Shown here piece by piece: positions 1-8,102 of a stretch of 64,000 bases of DNA. The translations under genes and the position numbers were made by a program. The notes below the pieces were generated by a model. The model was given only the letters and a program-made list of their open reading frames with translations, made no database searches and was not told the DNA's origin. The stretch is from Coriobacteriaceae bacterium (lineage in GTDB: Bacteria > Actinomycetota > Coriobacteriia > Coriobacteriales > UMGS124), in NCBI GenBank assembly GCA_019421015.1, contig JAHZGC010000007.1, forward strand, positions 23,397 through 87,396. Direction: 5' to 3'. How positions within the stretch are numbered: position 1 is the stretch's first letter; every line of letters starts with the position of its first letter.

Positions 1-1
1 A

Positions 2-250
2 CAGAAGGAGAGCGGTCAGGTCTCGCCCGAGGTCGCGGCGTCGTGGGACAGCTACACGGGGCTGCCCATCACGGTGACCTTTGCCGACGGCACCCAGCAG
101 CGCTTTGAGGACGGCAACGGCCCCTCGAGCATGGATGTGAGCGCCGGCGACAAGACCGAGGTGTTCAGGGGCTGCCCGTTCGAGGAGATCGCGAACGTGG
201 ACGACATCGCGAGCGTGACCGTGGGCGACCTGGAGATCGCGGTGCAGTAG
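2..250 (+). CDS. 3' end of an unidentified protein-coding gene (5' end lies outside the window)
   Basis: Frame 2 is open from the window edge to TAG at 248-250 (...GLPITVTFADGTQQRFEDGNG...VGDLEIAVQ*). Codon usage is GC3-rich like the neighbours and a hairpin terminator follows. No family recognised. Confidence 0.35.
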   Translation, partial: QKESGQVSPEVAASWDSYTGLPITVTFADGTQQRFEDGNGPSSMDVSAGDKTEVFRGCPFEEIANVDDIASVTVGDLEIAVQ

Positions 251-272
251 AAGGAAAGGCCAGCTCGACAGC

Positions 273-312
273 AAAGGGGACCCCCGGAAATTACCTCCGA
301 AGGGTCCCCTTT
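273..312. terminator. Bidirectional hairpin terminator between convergent genes
   Basis: AAAGGGGACCC (273-283) pairs with GGGTCCCCTTT (302-312), with an inner CGGA/TCCG extension and T/A runs on both sides. It lies between the stop at 250 (+) and the stop at 348 (-). Confidence 0.5.
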
Positions 313-347
313 CTTCGTGCCTGGTGCCTGGCCGCAGCGGCCGGAAC

Positions 348-1286
348 CTACTCGTGGGTCACGCGCACGTCGCCAAAGGCATAGCCGTAGTCCATCTGGG
401 CCCCGTCGTGGTAGCCGACCACGCCGGGGCCTTTGGCGGGAACCACGATGATGCCGCCGTCGCCGCCGCGGTCCTCCACAGCCTCGAGCACCGCCTCGGC
501 GGCCTGATGCGGGGTCTGGCCGGCCCATAGCACGCGGCTATGCACCTGGTGGGCGGCCACCTCCTTGACGTAGTACTCGCCCGTGCCCGTGCACGAGACG
601 GCCACGGTCTGCTGGTTGGCGTAGGTACCGCTGCCGCAGATGGGCGAGTCGCCCACGCGTCCCGGCTGCTGGTTGGTGCAGCCGCCGGTGGAGGTGCCGG
701 CCGCGATGTTTCCGTTGACGTCGCGGGCCACCGCACCGATGGTGCCGTGGCCGGGCTTCTTCCAACCGCCGTCGGGCAGCGCCTTGGTCTCAGCCAGCAT
801 CGCCCGGCGCTCCTCGGTCACAAAGAAATCGTTGTCCACGAGCTCGATGCCCCACGAGACCAGCTGCTCGTCGGTGGGGTCGGCAAAGAGCACGTGCGGC
901 GTCTGCTCCATGATGGCGCGGGCCACGTCGATGGGGTGGCGCGCCGTGGTGAGGCCGGTGGCCGCGCCGGTGCTGCCGTCGCCCAACATGACGCAGGAAT
1001 CGAGCTCGGCCTTGCCCTCGGAGGTGAGGGCCGCGCCCACGCCGGCGTTGAACTCGGGGGCATCCTCCATGACGTGGAGGGCCGCGATCACGGCCTCGAT
1101 GGCCGGCTCACCCGCCTGGAGCTTTGCCATGCCGGCGTCGAGGGCTCGGCGCATGGCGGCGTCGGCGCGAGCCTGTTTCTCGGGCGTGTCGGGGTGCAGG
1201 CGCTTGCCGGCGCCTCCGTGAATCACGAGCAGGGGCTCGGTCTCTCCGCAACCGGTTGTCTCGACCATGATGGGCTTGAGCGCCAT
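348..1286 (-). CDS. Isoaspartyl peptidase / L-asparaginase (Ntn-hydrolase, plant-type asparaginase family)
   Basis: 312 aa. Has LVIHGGAG near the N-terminus, the autoprocessing/nucleophile motif GHGTIGAVARD, and GTSTGG and GDSPICGSGTYA motifs typical of the IaaA/ASRGL1 family. Confidence 0.85.
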   Translation of the reverse strand: MALKPIMVETTGCGETEPLLVIHGGAGKRLHPDTPEKQARADAAMRRALDAGMAKLQAGEPAIEAVIAALHVMEDAPEFNAGVGAALTSEGKAELDSCVMLGDGSTGAATGLTTARHPIDVARAIMEQTPHVLFADPTDEQLVSWGIELVDNDFFVTEERRAMLAETKALPDGGWKKPGHGTIGAVARDVNGNIAAGTSTGGCTNQQPGRVGDSPICGSGTYANQQTVAVSCTGTGEYYVKEVAAHQVHSRVLWAGQTPHQAAEAVLEAVEDRGGDGGIIVVPAKGPGVVGYHDGAQMDYGYAFGDVRVTHE

Positions 1287-1585
1287 GGGTGTTGTCTCCT
1301 TGGGTCGGTGTGTGATAGGGCACAGGCCGCGGACCCGCCCTCCCCCAAGGGCGCGCCGGACGTTGCGCCGACCAGTCTAGCGCTCTGGGAAAAGGGCGGC
1401 CGGAAGGGGCCGAAGGAGACGGACGATTTCCATGTTGGGGCCGGGCGGCAGGCGGGGCTGGTTCGCGAATCCTGTGGGGGCCTCGCCTCCCCCTTGACGT
1501 GAACCCGGCTCCAAGCGGTTCAATAGCATGTTGCACGCCCTGCGCCCTGCCGCGCCATCGCCGCACCCCACACGAAAGGTTCCCC

Positions 1586-2368
1586 ATGGACCACGCCGAC
1601 CTCACCGCCCTGCTCCAAGCCGTCGCCAACGGTTCAACATCGGTGGAGGAGGCCCACCGCGCCATCGCGCAGGAGCCGGTGGCCGAGTTGGGCTACGCCT
1701 CCCTCGACCTGCAGCGGGGCATGCGCCAGGGGGTATCTGAGGTGGTCTATGGCGCAGGCAAGACGGCGGGGCAGATCGCGGGCATCTGCCGTACGCTCGC
1801 CGACCACGACCAGCGCCGCATCCTGGTAACGCGGCTCTCGGCGGAGAAGGCCGCCGAGGTCGCCCGCGAGCTCGACGGGGTTCTCCCCCATGCACTTGAG
1901 TTCGTGTACCACGAGACGCCGCGCCTGGGCATCGTGGGGGAGGCCCCCGAACCCGACGGCGTGGGGACCGTGGTGGTGGCCTGCGCCGGCACGAGCGACC
2001 TCCCCGTGGCCGAGGAGGCGGCCATGACCGCCGAGATGTTGGGCAACCGCGTGGCGCGCCTGTACGACGTGGGGGTCGCAGGAATCCACCGGCTGCTCGC
2101 CCACGGCGAGGAGCTGGCGAGCGCCTCGGCCATTGTGGCCGTAGCCGGCATGGAGGGGGCGCTGGCAAGCGTGATCGGGGGCCTCGCGAGCTGCCCGGTG
2201 ATCGCCGTACCTACAAGCGTGGGCTACGGGGCGAGCTTTGGCGGGGTCACGGCGCTGCTCGCCATGCTCAACTCGTGCGCAAGCGGGGTGAGCGTCGTGA
2301 ACATCGACAACGGCTTTGGAGCCGGCTACCAGGCAAGCCTCATCAATCACGTGCACGCCCCGCTATAG
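1586..2368 (+). CDS. larB: Nickel-pincer cofactor biosynthesis protein LarB (PurE-like NaAD carboxylase/hydrolase)
   Basis: ATG at 1586 is preceded by GAAAGG. The C-terminal PurE-like domain (VVVACAGTSDLPVAEEA...AVAGMEGALASVIGGL...PVIAVPTSVGYG) with an N-terminal extension is characteristic of LarB. Confidence 0.8.
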   Translation: MDHADLTALLQAVANGSTSVEEAHRAIAQEPVAELGYASLDLQRGMRQGVSEVVYGAGKTAGQIAGICRTLADHDQRRILVTRLSAEKAAEVARELDGVLPHALEFVYHETPRLGIVGEAPEPDGVGTVVVACAGTSDLPVAEEAAMTAEMLGNRVARLYDVGVAGIHRLLAHGEELASASAIVAVAGMEGALASVIGGLASCPVIAVPTSVGYGASFGGVTALLAMLNSCASGVSVVNIDNGFGAGYQASLINHVHAPL

Positions 2369-2408
2369 CAATCCACCGCCCGGCTCCATTTTTAGAAAGC
2401 GAGACCCC

Positions 2409-3728
2409 ATGGGACAAACCCTGTACTTGGACTGCTCCAGCGGCATCAGCGGAGACATGACCGTGGCCGCCCTGCTCGACCTGGGCGCCAGCCGCGAGCG
2501 GCTCGAGGCCGCCCTAGCGTCGCTGCCCGTGAGGGGGTTCGAGGTCGTGGTGACCCGGGTAGGCAAGCACGGTCTGACCGCCTGCGACTTTGACGTGCGG
2601 CTCGACGCGGAGCACGAGAACCACGACCACGACATGGCGTGGCTGTTCGGCCACGAGCACGAGGGGCACGGTGGGCACGGCCATAGCCACGAGCATGCCC
2701 ACCACGAGCATCGCGGCCTTGCCGACGTGCTCGCCATCGTGGGCTCCGCAGACCTCACCGACCGCGCCCGCTCCATCGCCGTGCGCGTCTTTGAGATCCT
2801 GGCCGACGCCGAGGCGCAGGCCCACGGTACCACGCGCGACCAGGTGCACTTTCATGAGGTGGGCGCCCTGGACTCCATCGTAGACGTGGTGAGCGCCGCC
2901 GTGTGCCTCGACGACCTCGACGTGGAGCGCGTCGTGGCGCCCGAGCTCTCGGAGGGCTGCGGAACCGTCAGGTGCGCCCACGGCGTCATCCCCGTTCCGG
3001 TGCCGGCGGTATGTGCCGTGGCGAGCACCTACGGGCTGCCCCTGCACCCCACGGGCGTGCGCGGCGAGCTTGTGACCCCCACCGGCGCCGCCATCGTTGC
3101 CGCCGTGCGCACCGACGCCGAGCTGCCGACCCGATACACCGTCAAGCGCGTGGGCCTGGGTGCCGGGAAGCGCAGCTACGAGGGGTGTTCGGGGGTGTTG
3201 CGCGCCATGCTGGTCGAACCGGTGGAGAGGGCCTCGGACCCGGAGGCCGTCTCGGCTGCGGTGTCTGCGGCCACCGATACGACTGCCGACACCGTCTGGA
3301 AGCTCGAGTGCGACATCGACGACACCACGGGCGAGGCGCTGGGCCACGCCATCGAGACGCTCATGGGTGCCGGGGCGCGCGAGGCCCACTGCCTGCCGCT
3401 CGTCACCAAGAAGGGGCGCCCCGCCTGGCAGCTGCAGGTGATCTGCGACGAGGAACGGCGCCGGGTTCTCGAGGACCTGATCTTTGAGGAGACCACCACC
3501 ATCGGAATCCGCCGGGTGGCCATGGAGCGCACGGTGCTGCCGCGGCGCGCCTGCACCGTCCAGACGGAGGTGGGCCTTGTGGGCATCAAGGAGGTCACGC
3601 TGCCCTCGGGCCGCCGAAGGCTCTACCCCGAGGACGCCGAAGTGATGCAGGCGGCACGCGCCGCAGGGGTGCCGTACCAGGATGCCTGGCGCGCGGTGCT
3701 GGCCGGTTGCGCGCGCTTTAGCGATTAA
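2409..3728 (+). CDS. larC: Nickel insertion protein LarC (pyridinium-3,5-bisthiocarboxylate mononucleotide nickel chelatase)
   Basis: N-terminus is MGQTLYLDCSSGISGDM. It has a His-rich Ni-binding stretch (HENHDHD...HEHEGHGGHGHSHEHAHHEH), then HFHEVGALDSIVD and a C-terminal LarC2-like domain (KKGRPAWQLQVIC). Confidence 0.8.
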   Translation: MGQTLYLDCSSGISGDMTVAALLDLGASRERLEAALASLPVRGFEVVVTRVGKHGLTACDFDVRLDAEHENHDHDMAWLFGHEHEGHGGHGHSHEHAHHEHRGLADVLAIVGSADLTDRARSIAVRVFEILADAEAQAHGTTRDQVHFHEVGALDSIVDVVSAAVCLDDLDVERVVAPELSEGCGTVRCAHGVIPVPVPAVCAVASTYGLPLHPTGVRGELVTPTGAAIVAAVRTDAELPTRYTVKRVGLGAGKRSYEGCSGVLRAMLVEPVERASDPEAVSAAVSAATDTTADTVWKLECDIDDTTGEALGHAIETLMGAGAREAHCLPLVTKKGRPAWQLQVICDEERRRVLEDLIFEETTTIGIRRVAMERTVLPRRACTVQTEVGLVGIKEVTLPSGRRRLYPEDAEVMQAARAAGVPYQDAWRAVLAGCARFSD

Positions 3729-3778
3729 CCACAATAGTGGGCCAGATATCTGCAACCTCACCTGTTAGGAGCCCAACC

Positions 3779-4564
3779 TTGTTCACCCACGCCATCGTCC
3801 GCCGTCCGGGACGCTCGCTTTCTGAAGGCATTACCTCAGCCCCCGAGCTGGGCAAACCCATCTATGAGAAGGCTTTGGAGCAGCACGATGCCTACGTCGC
3901 CGCCCTGAGCGCCTGCGGCCTCGAGGTCACCGTGCTGCCGGCCCTCGAGGAGTTCCCCGACTCGTGCTTTGTGGAGGACACCGCCGTGGTGACCCGCTGC
4001 GGGGCCATCGTCGACAACCCCGGCGCCCCCTCGCGCAACGGCGAGGCGGCCGCCATGGAGCCCACGCTGCGGGAGTTCTTCTCGGACGATCGCATTGCCC
4101 ACATCGAGGCTCCGGGCACGCTCGAGGGTGGCGACGTGATGATGGTGGGCGACCGCTTCTATGTCGGGCGTTCGGCCCGCACCAACGCCGAGGGCATCCG
4201 GCAGTTCGTCCACATCCTCGAAGGCTGGGGCCTCGAGGGCGGCGAGGTGCCGCTCAAAGAGGTGCTGCACCTCAAGACCGGGGTCAACTACCTGGGCGAG
4301 AACCCTGCGGGCGAGCGGGTGCTCCTGGTGTCGGGCGAGTTCGTGGAAAACCCCGCCTTCGACGGGTATCGCAGGATCGCGGTGCCCCCCGAGGAGGCCT
4401 ATGCCGCCAACAGCCTATGGGTCAACGGCACGGTGATTGTGCCGGAAGGCTATCCGCAGGTGCTGGCCGCCGTGCAGGGGGCAGGGTTTCCCGCGCTTAC
4501 GGTGGACACCTCGGAGTACCGCAAGGTCGACGGTGGTCTGAGCTGTTTGAGCCTGCGGTTCTAG
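3779..4564 (+). CDS. ddaH: N(G),N(G)-dimethylarginine dimethylaminohydrolase (DDAH) family amidinotransferase-fold enzyme
   Basis: Collinear with bacterial DDAH along the whole length as I recall the Pseudomonas aeruginosa sequence (FTHAIVRRP.., FPDSCFVED, GGDVMMVGDRFYVG.SARTN, VLHLKTG, SEYRKVDGGLSCLSLRF with the catalytic Cys). The start was moved from the track's GTG at 3737 to TTG at 3779, which has AGGAG at 3767-3771 and aligns with the homolog N-terminus. Confidence 0.8.
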   Translation: MFTHAIVRRPGRSLSEGITSAPELGKPIYEKALEQHDAYVAALSACGLEVTVLPALEEFPDSCFVEDTAVVTRCGAIVDNPGAPSRNGEAAAMEPTLREFFSDDRIAHIEAPGTLEGGDVMMVGDRFYVGRSARTNAEGIRQFVHILEGWGLEGGEVPLKEVLHLKTGVNYLGENPAGERVLLVSGEFVENPAFDGYRRIAVPPEEAYAANSLWVNGTVIVPEGYPQVLAAVQGAGFPALTVDTSEYRKVDGGLSCLSLRF

Positions 4565-4632
4565 GGCGGTCCACAGAATAACGCGACAGTCGTCAGGATT
4601 CTGGCAGAAAAGCGTTAGGGTCTATTTGCTAT

Positions 4633-4667
4633 GGTGGGCCTCCCCATCGACCCCAAGGAGGCCCACC
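4633..4667 (+). promoter_or_regulatory. Perfect 11-bp hairpin that sequesters the SD of the downstream Rpn-like gene (could also act as the ddaH terminator)
   Basis: GGTGGGCCTCC (4633-4643) pairs with GGAGGCCCACC (4657-4667). The 3' arm contains the AAGGAGG SD located 8 nt upstream of the ATG at 4669. Confidence 0.35.
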
Positions 4668-4668
4668 T

Positions 4669-5865
4669 ATGGGAACGAGCGCGCTTTCGGCCGAGACCCT
4701 GATGCTGGCGGGAATCGGGATGACCTACGACACCGCCTTCAAGCTCATCTTTTCAGAAAAGTCGGTACTGGCCTTTATCCTACGTGGGTGTGTGGGCGGT
4801 TATGACGGCATGACCCCTCGCGAAATAGAGCGGTACATCACCTACGGCCCCGTGGCACATTCCATCCCCATAGCACCCGGACTTACCAACGCCCCGGGCA
4901 GCCCGCTCTTCGAACGGGGTGGGGAACCAACGTCGCTGTGCGGCGGCCGCACCGAGGACAAGGTGCCCTACCAGGGGCAGACCGCCTTCGACTTCTACTT
5001 CGAGGCCACGGCCCCGCAGGACGGCACGACCGTAGGCATCCACGTGGACGTGGAAGGACAGGCCGCCTACGACGACGGCACATACCCCATGGAGCACCGC
5101 GCCCAGTTTTACGCCGCACGCCTGCTCTCGTCCCAGTACGGCCGGGAATTCGTCCACTCCCACTACGAGAACCTCAAGCGGGTGTACTCGGTCTGGCTCT
5201 TTGCCGACGGGCCCCAGGAACTCCGCGGAAGCGTTTGGTCCACAGAGACGTCGTGGTGCCTCCGCGAGGTGCCCGGCACAGAGAACGGCCGGTCCAAAAG
5301 CCCGCGCCCCTGCAACCTCATGAACATCGTGTTCGGATTTATGGGAGGCCGAGAGGAAGGAGGCCCGGCCCATGCGGACGTTATCGACCTGCTCAACGTC
5401 CTCTTCGAACGCGAGAAATCCAACCACTCCAAGCGTGATATCCTGGAACGGGAGTTCTCCATCGTCGTAACCCCAGGATTGGAGGCCGGTTCCATGGCAC
5501 TCGACGAAATCAACGAGGGTATGGTCCGTATGCTCGAACGGCGGTTAAGTGAGAAATGGCTAGCCGAGGGGCGCACCGACGGCTTGGAGGAAGGCCGACA
5601 GCAGGGACTGGCAGAAGGCCGCGCAGAAGGACTGGCCAAGGGCAGGGAGGCCGGGCTCATAGAGGGTCGAGAGGCCGGGCTTGCAGAGGGCAGGGAGGCC
5701 GGGCTTGCGAAGGGGTTGGAAGATGGGCGGCGCTCAGCCTTGGTCTCCTCCATCCGCAGCCTTGAAAAGAAGCTCGGCCTGGCACCTGAAGCCGCCATGG
5801 ACGCGCTGGAGATATCTCCGGCAGAGCGCGGGGCGCTTATGGAGCAGCTCGCACATACCCAATAA
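4669..5865 (+). CDS. Rpn/YhgA-like PD-(D/E)XK recombination-promoting nuclease / putative transposase with C-terminal EGRxxGLx repeats
   Basis: Has the N-terminal DTAFKLIFSEK motif and a nuclease core pattern (FDFYFEA...GIHVDVEGQ...R.QFYAARL...Y..LKRVYSVWLF). The C-terminal tandem (A/E)EGR..GL repeats are typical of this family. Confidence 0.6.
   Translation: MGTSALSAETLMLAGIGMTYDTAFKLIFSEKSVLAFILRGCVGGYDGMTPREIERYITYGPVAHSIPIAPGLTNAPGSPLFERGGEPTSLCGGRTEDKVPYQGQTAFDFYFEATAPQDGTTVGIHVDVEGQAAYDDGTYPMEHRAQFYAARLLSSQYGREFVHSHYENLKRVYSVWLFADGPQELRGSVWSTETSWCLREVPGTENGRSKSPRPCNLMNIVFGFMGGREEGGPAHADVIDLLNVLFEREKSNHSKRDILEREFSIVVTPGLEAGSMALDEINEGMVRMLERRLSEKWLAEGRTDGLEEGRQQGLAEGRAEGLAKGREAGLIEGREAGLAEGREAGLAKGLEDGRRSALVSSIRSLEKKLGLAPEAAMDALEISPAERGALMEQLAHTQ
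5564..5727 (+). repeat. Coding tandem repeat, ~24-nt (8-codon) period, inside the Rpn-like gene
   Basis: Protein reads AEGRTDGL EEGRQQGL AEGRAEGL AKGREAGL IEGREAGL AEGREAGL AKGLEDGR. The DNA units are near-identical (gagggcagggaggccgggcttgc occurs twice). Confidence 0.6.
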
Positions 5866-5891
5866 CCCTGAAACATTGCATAGAACCACGG

Positions 5892-5934
5892 GGCCCGGCC
5901 GCACGCCGTCCTGAAAAAAGCGTGTGGCCGGGCC
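5892..5934. terminator. Bidirectional hairpin terminator between the convergent Rpn-like gene and icd
   Basis: GGCCCGGCCGCACGC (5892-5906) pairs with GCGTGTGGCCGGGCC (5920-5934). The loop contains an A6 run, which is a T-run on the minus strand. Confidence 0.55.
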
Positions 5935-5968
5935 GCTGGCATACCCCCGAAAAACGCGCCCTTCTCCC

Positions 5969-7174
5969 CTACAGCCTCGTAGCGATAGCCTTGATGAACT
6001 CCTCGCTGTCGAGGGTCTGGGGGTTGGGCAGTGTGGTGATGCGGGCCAGGTCGCCGGTCATCTGGCCGGCCTCGATGGTGTCGAGCGTGGCTTTCTCGAG
6101 CCGGTCGGCAAAGGCCACGAGGTCGGGCAGGCCGTCGAGCTCGCCACGCTTACGCAGGGCGCCCGACCAGGCGAAGATCGTGGCCACCGAGTTGGTGGAG
6201 GTCTTTTCGCCCTTGAGGTGCTTGTAGTAGTGGCGCTGCACGGTACCGTGGGCGGCCTCGTACTCGTAGTAGCCGTGGGGGCTCACGAGCACCGAGGTCA
6301 TCATGGCCAGCGACCCGAAGGCCGAGGAGACCATGTCGCTCATGACGTCGCCGTCGTAGTTCTTGCAGGCCCAGATGAAGCCGCCCTGGGCCTTCATGAC
6401 GCGGGCCACGGCGTCGTCGATGAGCGTGTAGAAGTAGGTGATGCCCGCCGCCTCGAAGCGTTCCTTGTACTCGGCGTCGTAGATCTCCTGGAAGATGTCC
6501 TTGAAGCGGTGGTCGTAGATCTTCGAGATGGTGTCTTTGGTGGAGAACCACAGGTCCTGGCGCGTGTCGAGCGCATAGGCGAAGCAGCTGCGGGCAAAGC
6601 TCTCGATGGAGCCGTCGAGGTTGTGCATGCCCTGGACCACGCCGGCGCCGGGCATGTCGAACACGAGCTCGCGCTGCTCGGTGCCGTCGGCCGCGGTGTA
6701 GACGAGCTCCACCGTGCCGGGGCCCGGGATGCGCATCTCGGCGTTGCGGTAGACGTCGCCGTAGGCGTGGCGGGCGATGGTGATGGGCTTGGTCCAGTTG
6801 CGCACGCAGGGCTCGATGCCCTTGACCACGATGGGCGCGCGGAACACCGTGCCGTCGAGCAGGGCGCGGATCGTGCCGTTGGGGCTCTTCCACATCTTCT
6901 TGAGGCCGTACTCCTCCACGCGCGCGGCGTTGGGGGTGATGGTGGCGCACTTCACGGCCACACCCAGGCGCTTGGTGGCCTCGGCCGCCTCGACGGTCAC
7001 GGCGTCGTCGGTGGCGTCGCGGTTCTCGAGACCGAGGTCGTAGTACTCGGTCTTGAGGTCAACAAAGGGGCAGATGAGCTCGTCTTTGATCATCTGCCAC
7101 AGGATGCGGGTCATCTCGTCGCCGTCCATCTCGACGAGCGGGGTAGTCATGGCGATCTTGGGCGTCTGGGCCAT
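5969..7174 (-). CDS. icd: NADP-dependent isocitrate dehydrogenase (homodimeric type II, eukaryote-like)
   Basis: Near full-length similarity pattern to type II IDH ([43 protein letters not shown]). ATG at 7174 is preceded by AAGGAGG; the track's upstream extension is unlikely. Confidence 0.9.
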   Translation of the reverse strand: MAQTPKIAMTTPLVEMDGDEMTRILWQMIKDELICPFVDLKTEYYDLGLENRDATDDAVTVEAAEATKRLGVAVKCATITPNAARVEEYGLKKMWKSPNGTIRALLDGTVFRAPIVVKGIEPCVRNWTKPITIARHAYGDVYRNAEMRIPGPGTVELVYTAADGTEQRELVFDMPGAGVVQGMHNLDGSIESFARSCFAYALDTRQDLWFSTKDTISKIYDHRFKDIFQEIYDAEYKERFEAAGITYFYTLIDDAVARVMKAQGGFIWACKNYDGDVMSDMVSSAFGSLAMMTSVLVSPHGYYEYEAAHGTVQRHYYKHLKGEKTSTNSVATIFAWSGALRKRGELDGLPDLVAFADRLEKATLDTIEAGQMTGDLARITTLPNPQTLDSEEFIKAIATRL

Positions 7175-7320
7175 GGAGCAAAGCCTCCTTGAACGACGTG
7201 CCTGGCGGTATGGATACACCATAGCAAGCCGGGCGACCCTGGGACCGCCCGGTAACCGTTTCGCATCATTTGCGGAGAAGCGGTGGGAGGCGGGTCGACC
7301 GAACTTGTTCCATCCGGGGC

Positions 7321-7349
7321 TTGATTATTCTATATCTTTATAATAATAT
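7321..7349 (+). promoter_or_regulatory. Candidate sigma-70-type promoter for the 7451-13077 reductase operon
   Basis: TTGATT (7321-7326), a 17-nt spacer, then TAATAT (7344-7349), in the only AT-rich patch of the icd/reductase intergenic region, ~100 nt upstream of the first ATG. Confidence 0.35.
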
Positions 7350-7450
7350 CCTTCTAGAACACTGGAACCGATGGAGCGGCTCCGGTGCGGCAAGGGCAAG
7401 GGAGGGGCGCTCTGAGCGGGCGCCCGTCGCAAGAAGGAGAGGGGAAGGAT

Positions 7451-8101
7451 ATGGCCAGATACGGCATGGTTGTGGACCTCACGCGGTGCACCGGCTGCCA
7501 GACCTGCGTCGTGGCATGCCAGATGCAGCACAACACGCGTCCCGACGTGAGGTGGTCGAGCGTCGACTTCATGGAGAGCGGCCGCTGGCCCGAGCGCCAG
7601 CGCTTCGCGTTGCCGCACGCCTGCATGCACTGCGACGACGCCCCGTGCGTCGCGGCCTGCCCCGCCGGCGCGAGCATCCAGCGCGAGGACGGCATCGTGG
7701 TCGTGGACTACGAGACCTGCATCGGCTGCGGCGTCTGCGTGGACGCCTGCCCGTTCGGCGCCCGCCAGATCGGCGCCGAGGACCGGTGGAACTTCGACGC
7801 CGCCGAGCCCGCCCCCTACGAGGCCTACGGCGTCCAGCGCCTTAACGTGGCCGAGAAGTGCGTCTTCTGCCACGACCGCGCCGAGCAGGGCCAGACCTCG
7901 TGGTGCGCCAGCGTATGCCCCAACGGCGCCCGCGTCTTCGGCGACCTCGACGACCCGGCGAGCGAGATCTGCGCCTACATCGAGGCCAACGGCGCCGAGC
8001 AGATTCCCGGCACGGCGGTCTACTATGTGAAGGGCGGCATCGACGCCGACCTGCCGGCGCTTCTGACCGCATCCACCGACGACGCAAAGGACGGCGAGTA
8101 A
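7451..8101 (+). CDS. 4Fe-4S ferredoxin-type electron-transfer subunit (DmsB/PsrB-like) of a molybdopterin oxidoreductase
   Basis: Starts MARYGMVVDLTRCTGCQTCVVAC and has four Cys clusters (CxxCxxCxxxC pattern, CMHCDDAPC, CIGCGVCVDAC, CVFC...C). ATG at 7451 follows GAAGGAGAGGGGAAGG. Confidence 0.85.
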   Translation: MARYGMVVDLTRCTGCQTCVVACQMQHNTRPDVRWSSVDFMESGRWPERQRFALPHACMHCDDAPCVAACPAGASIQREDGIVVVDYETCIGCGVCVDACPFGARQIGAEDRWNFDAAEPAPYEAYGVQRLNVAEKCVFCHDRAEQGQTSWCASVCPNGARVFGDLDDPASEICAYIEANGAEQIPGTAVYYVKGGIDADLPALLTASTDDAKDGE

Positions 8102-8102
8102 C

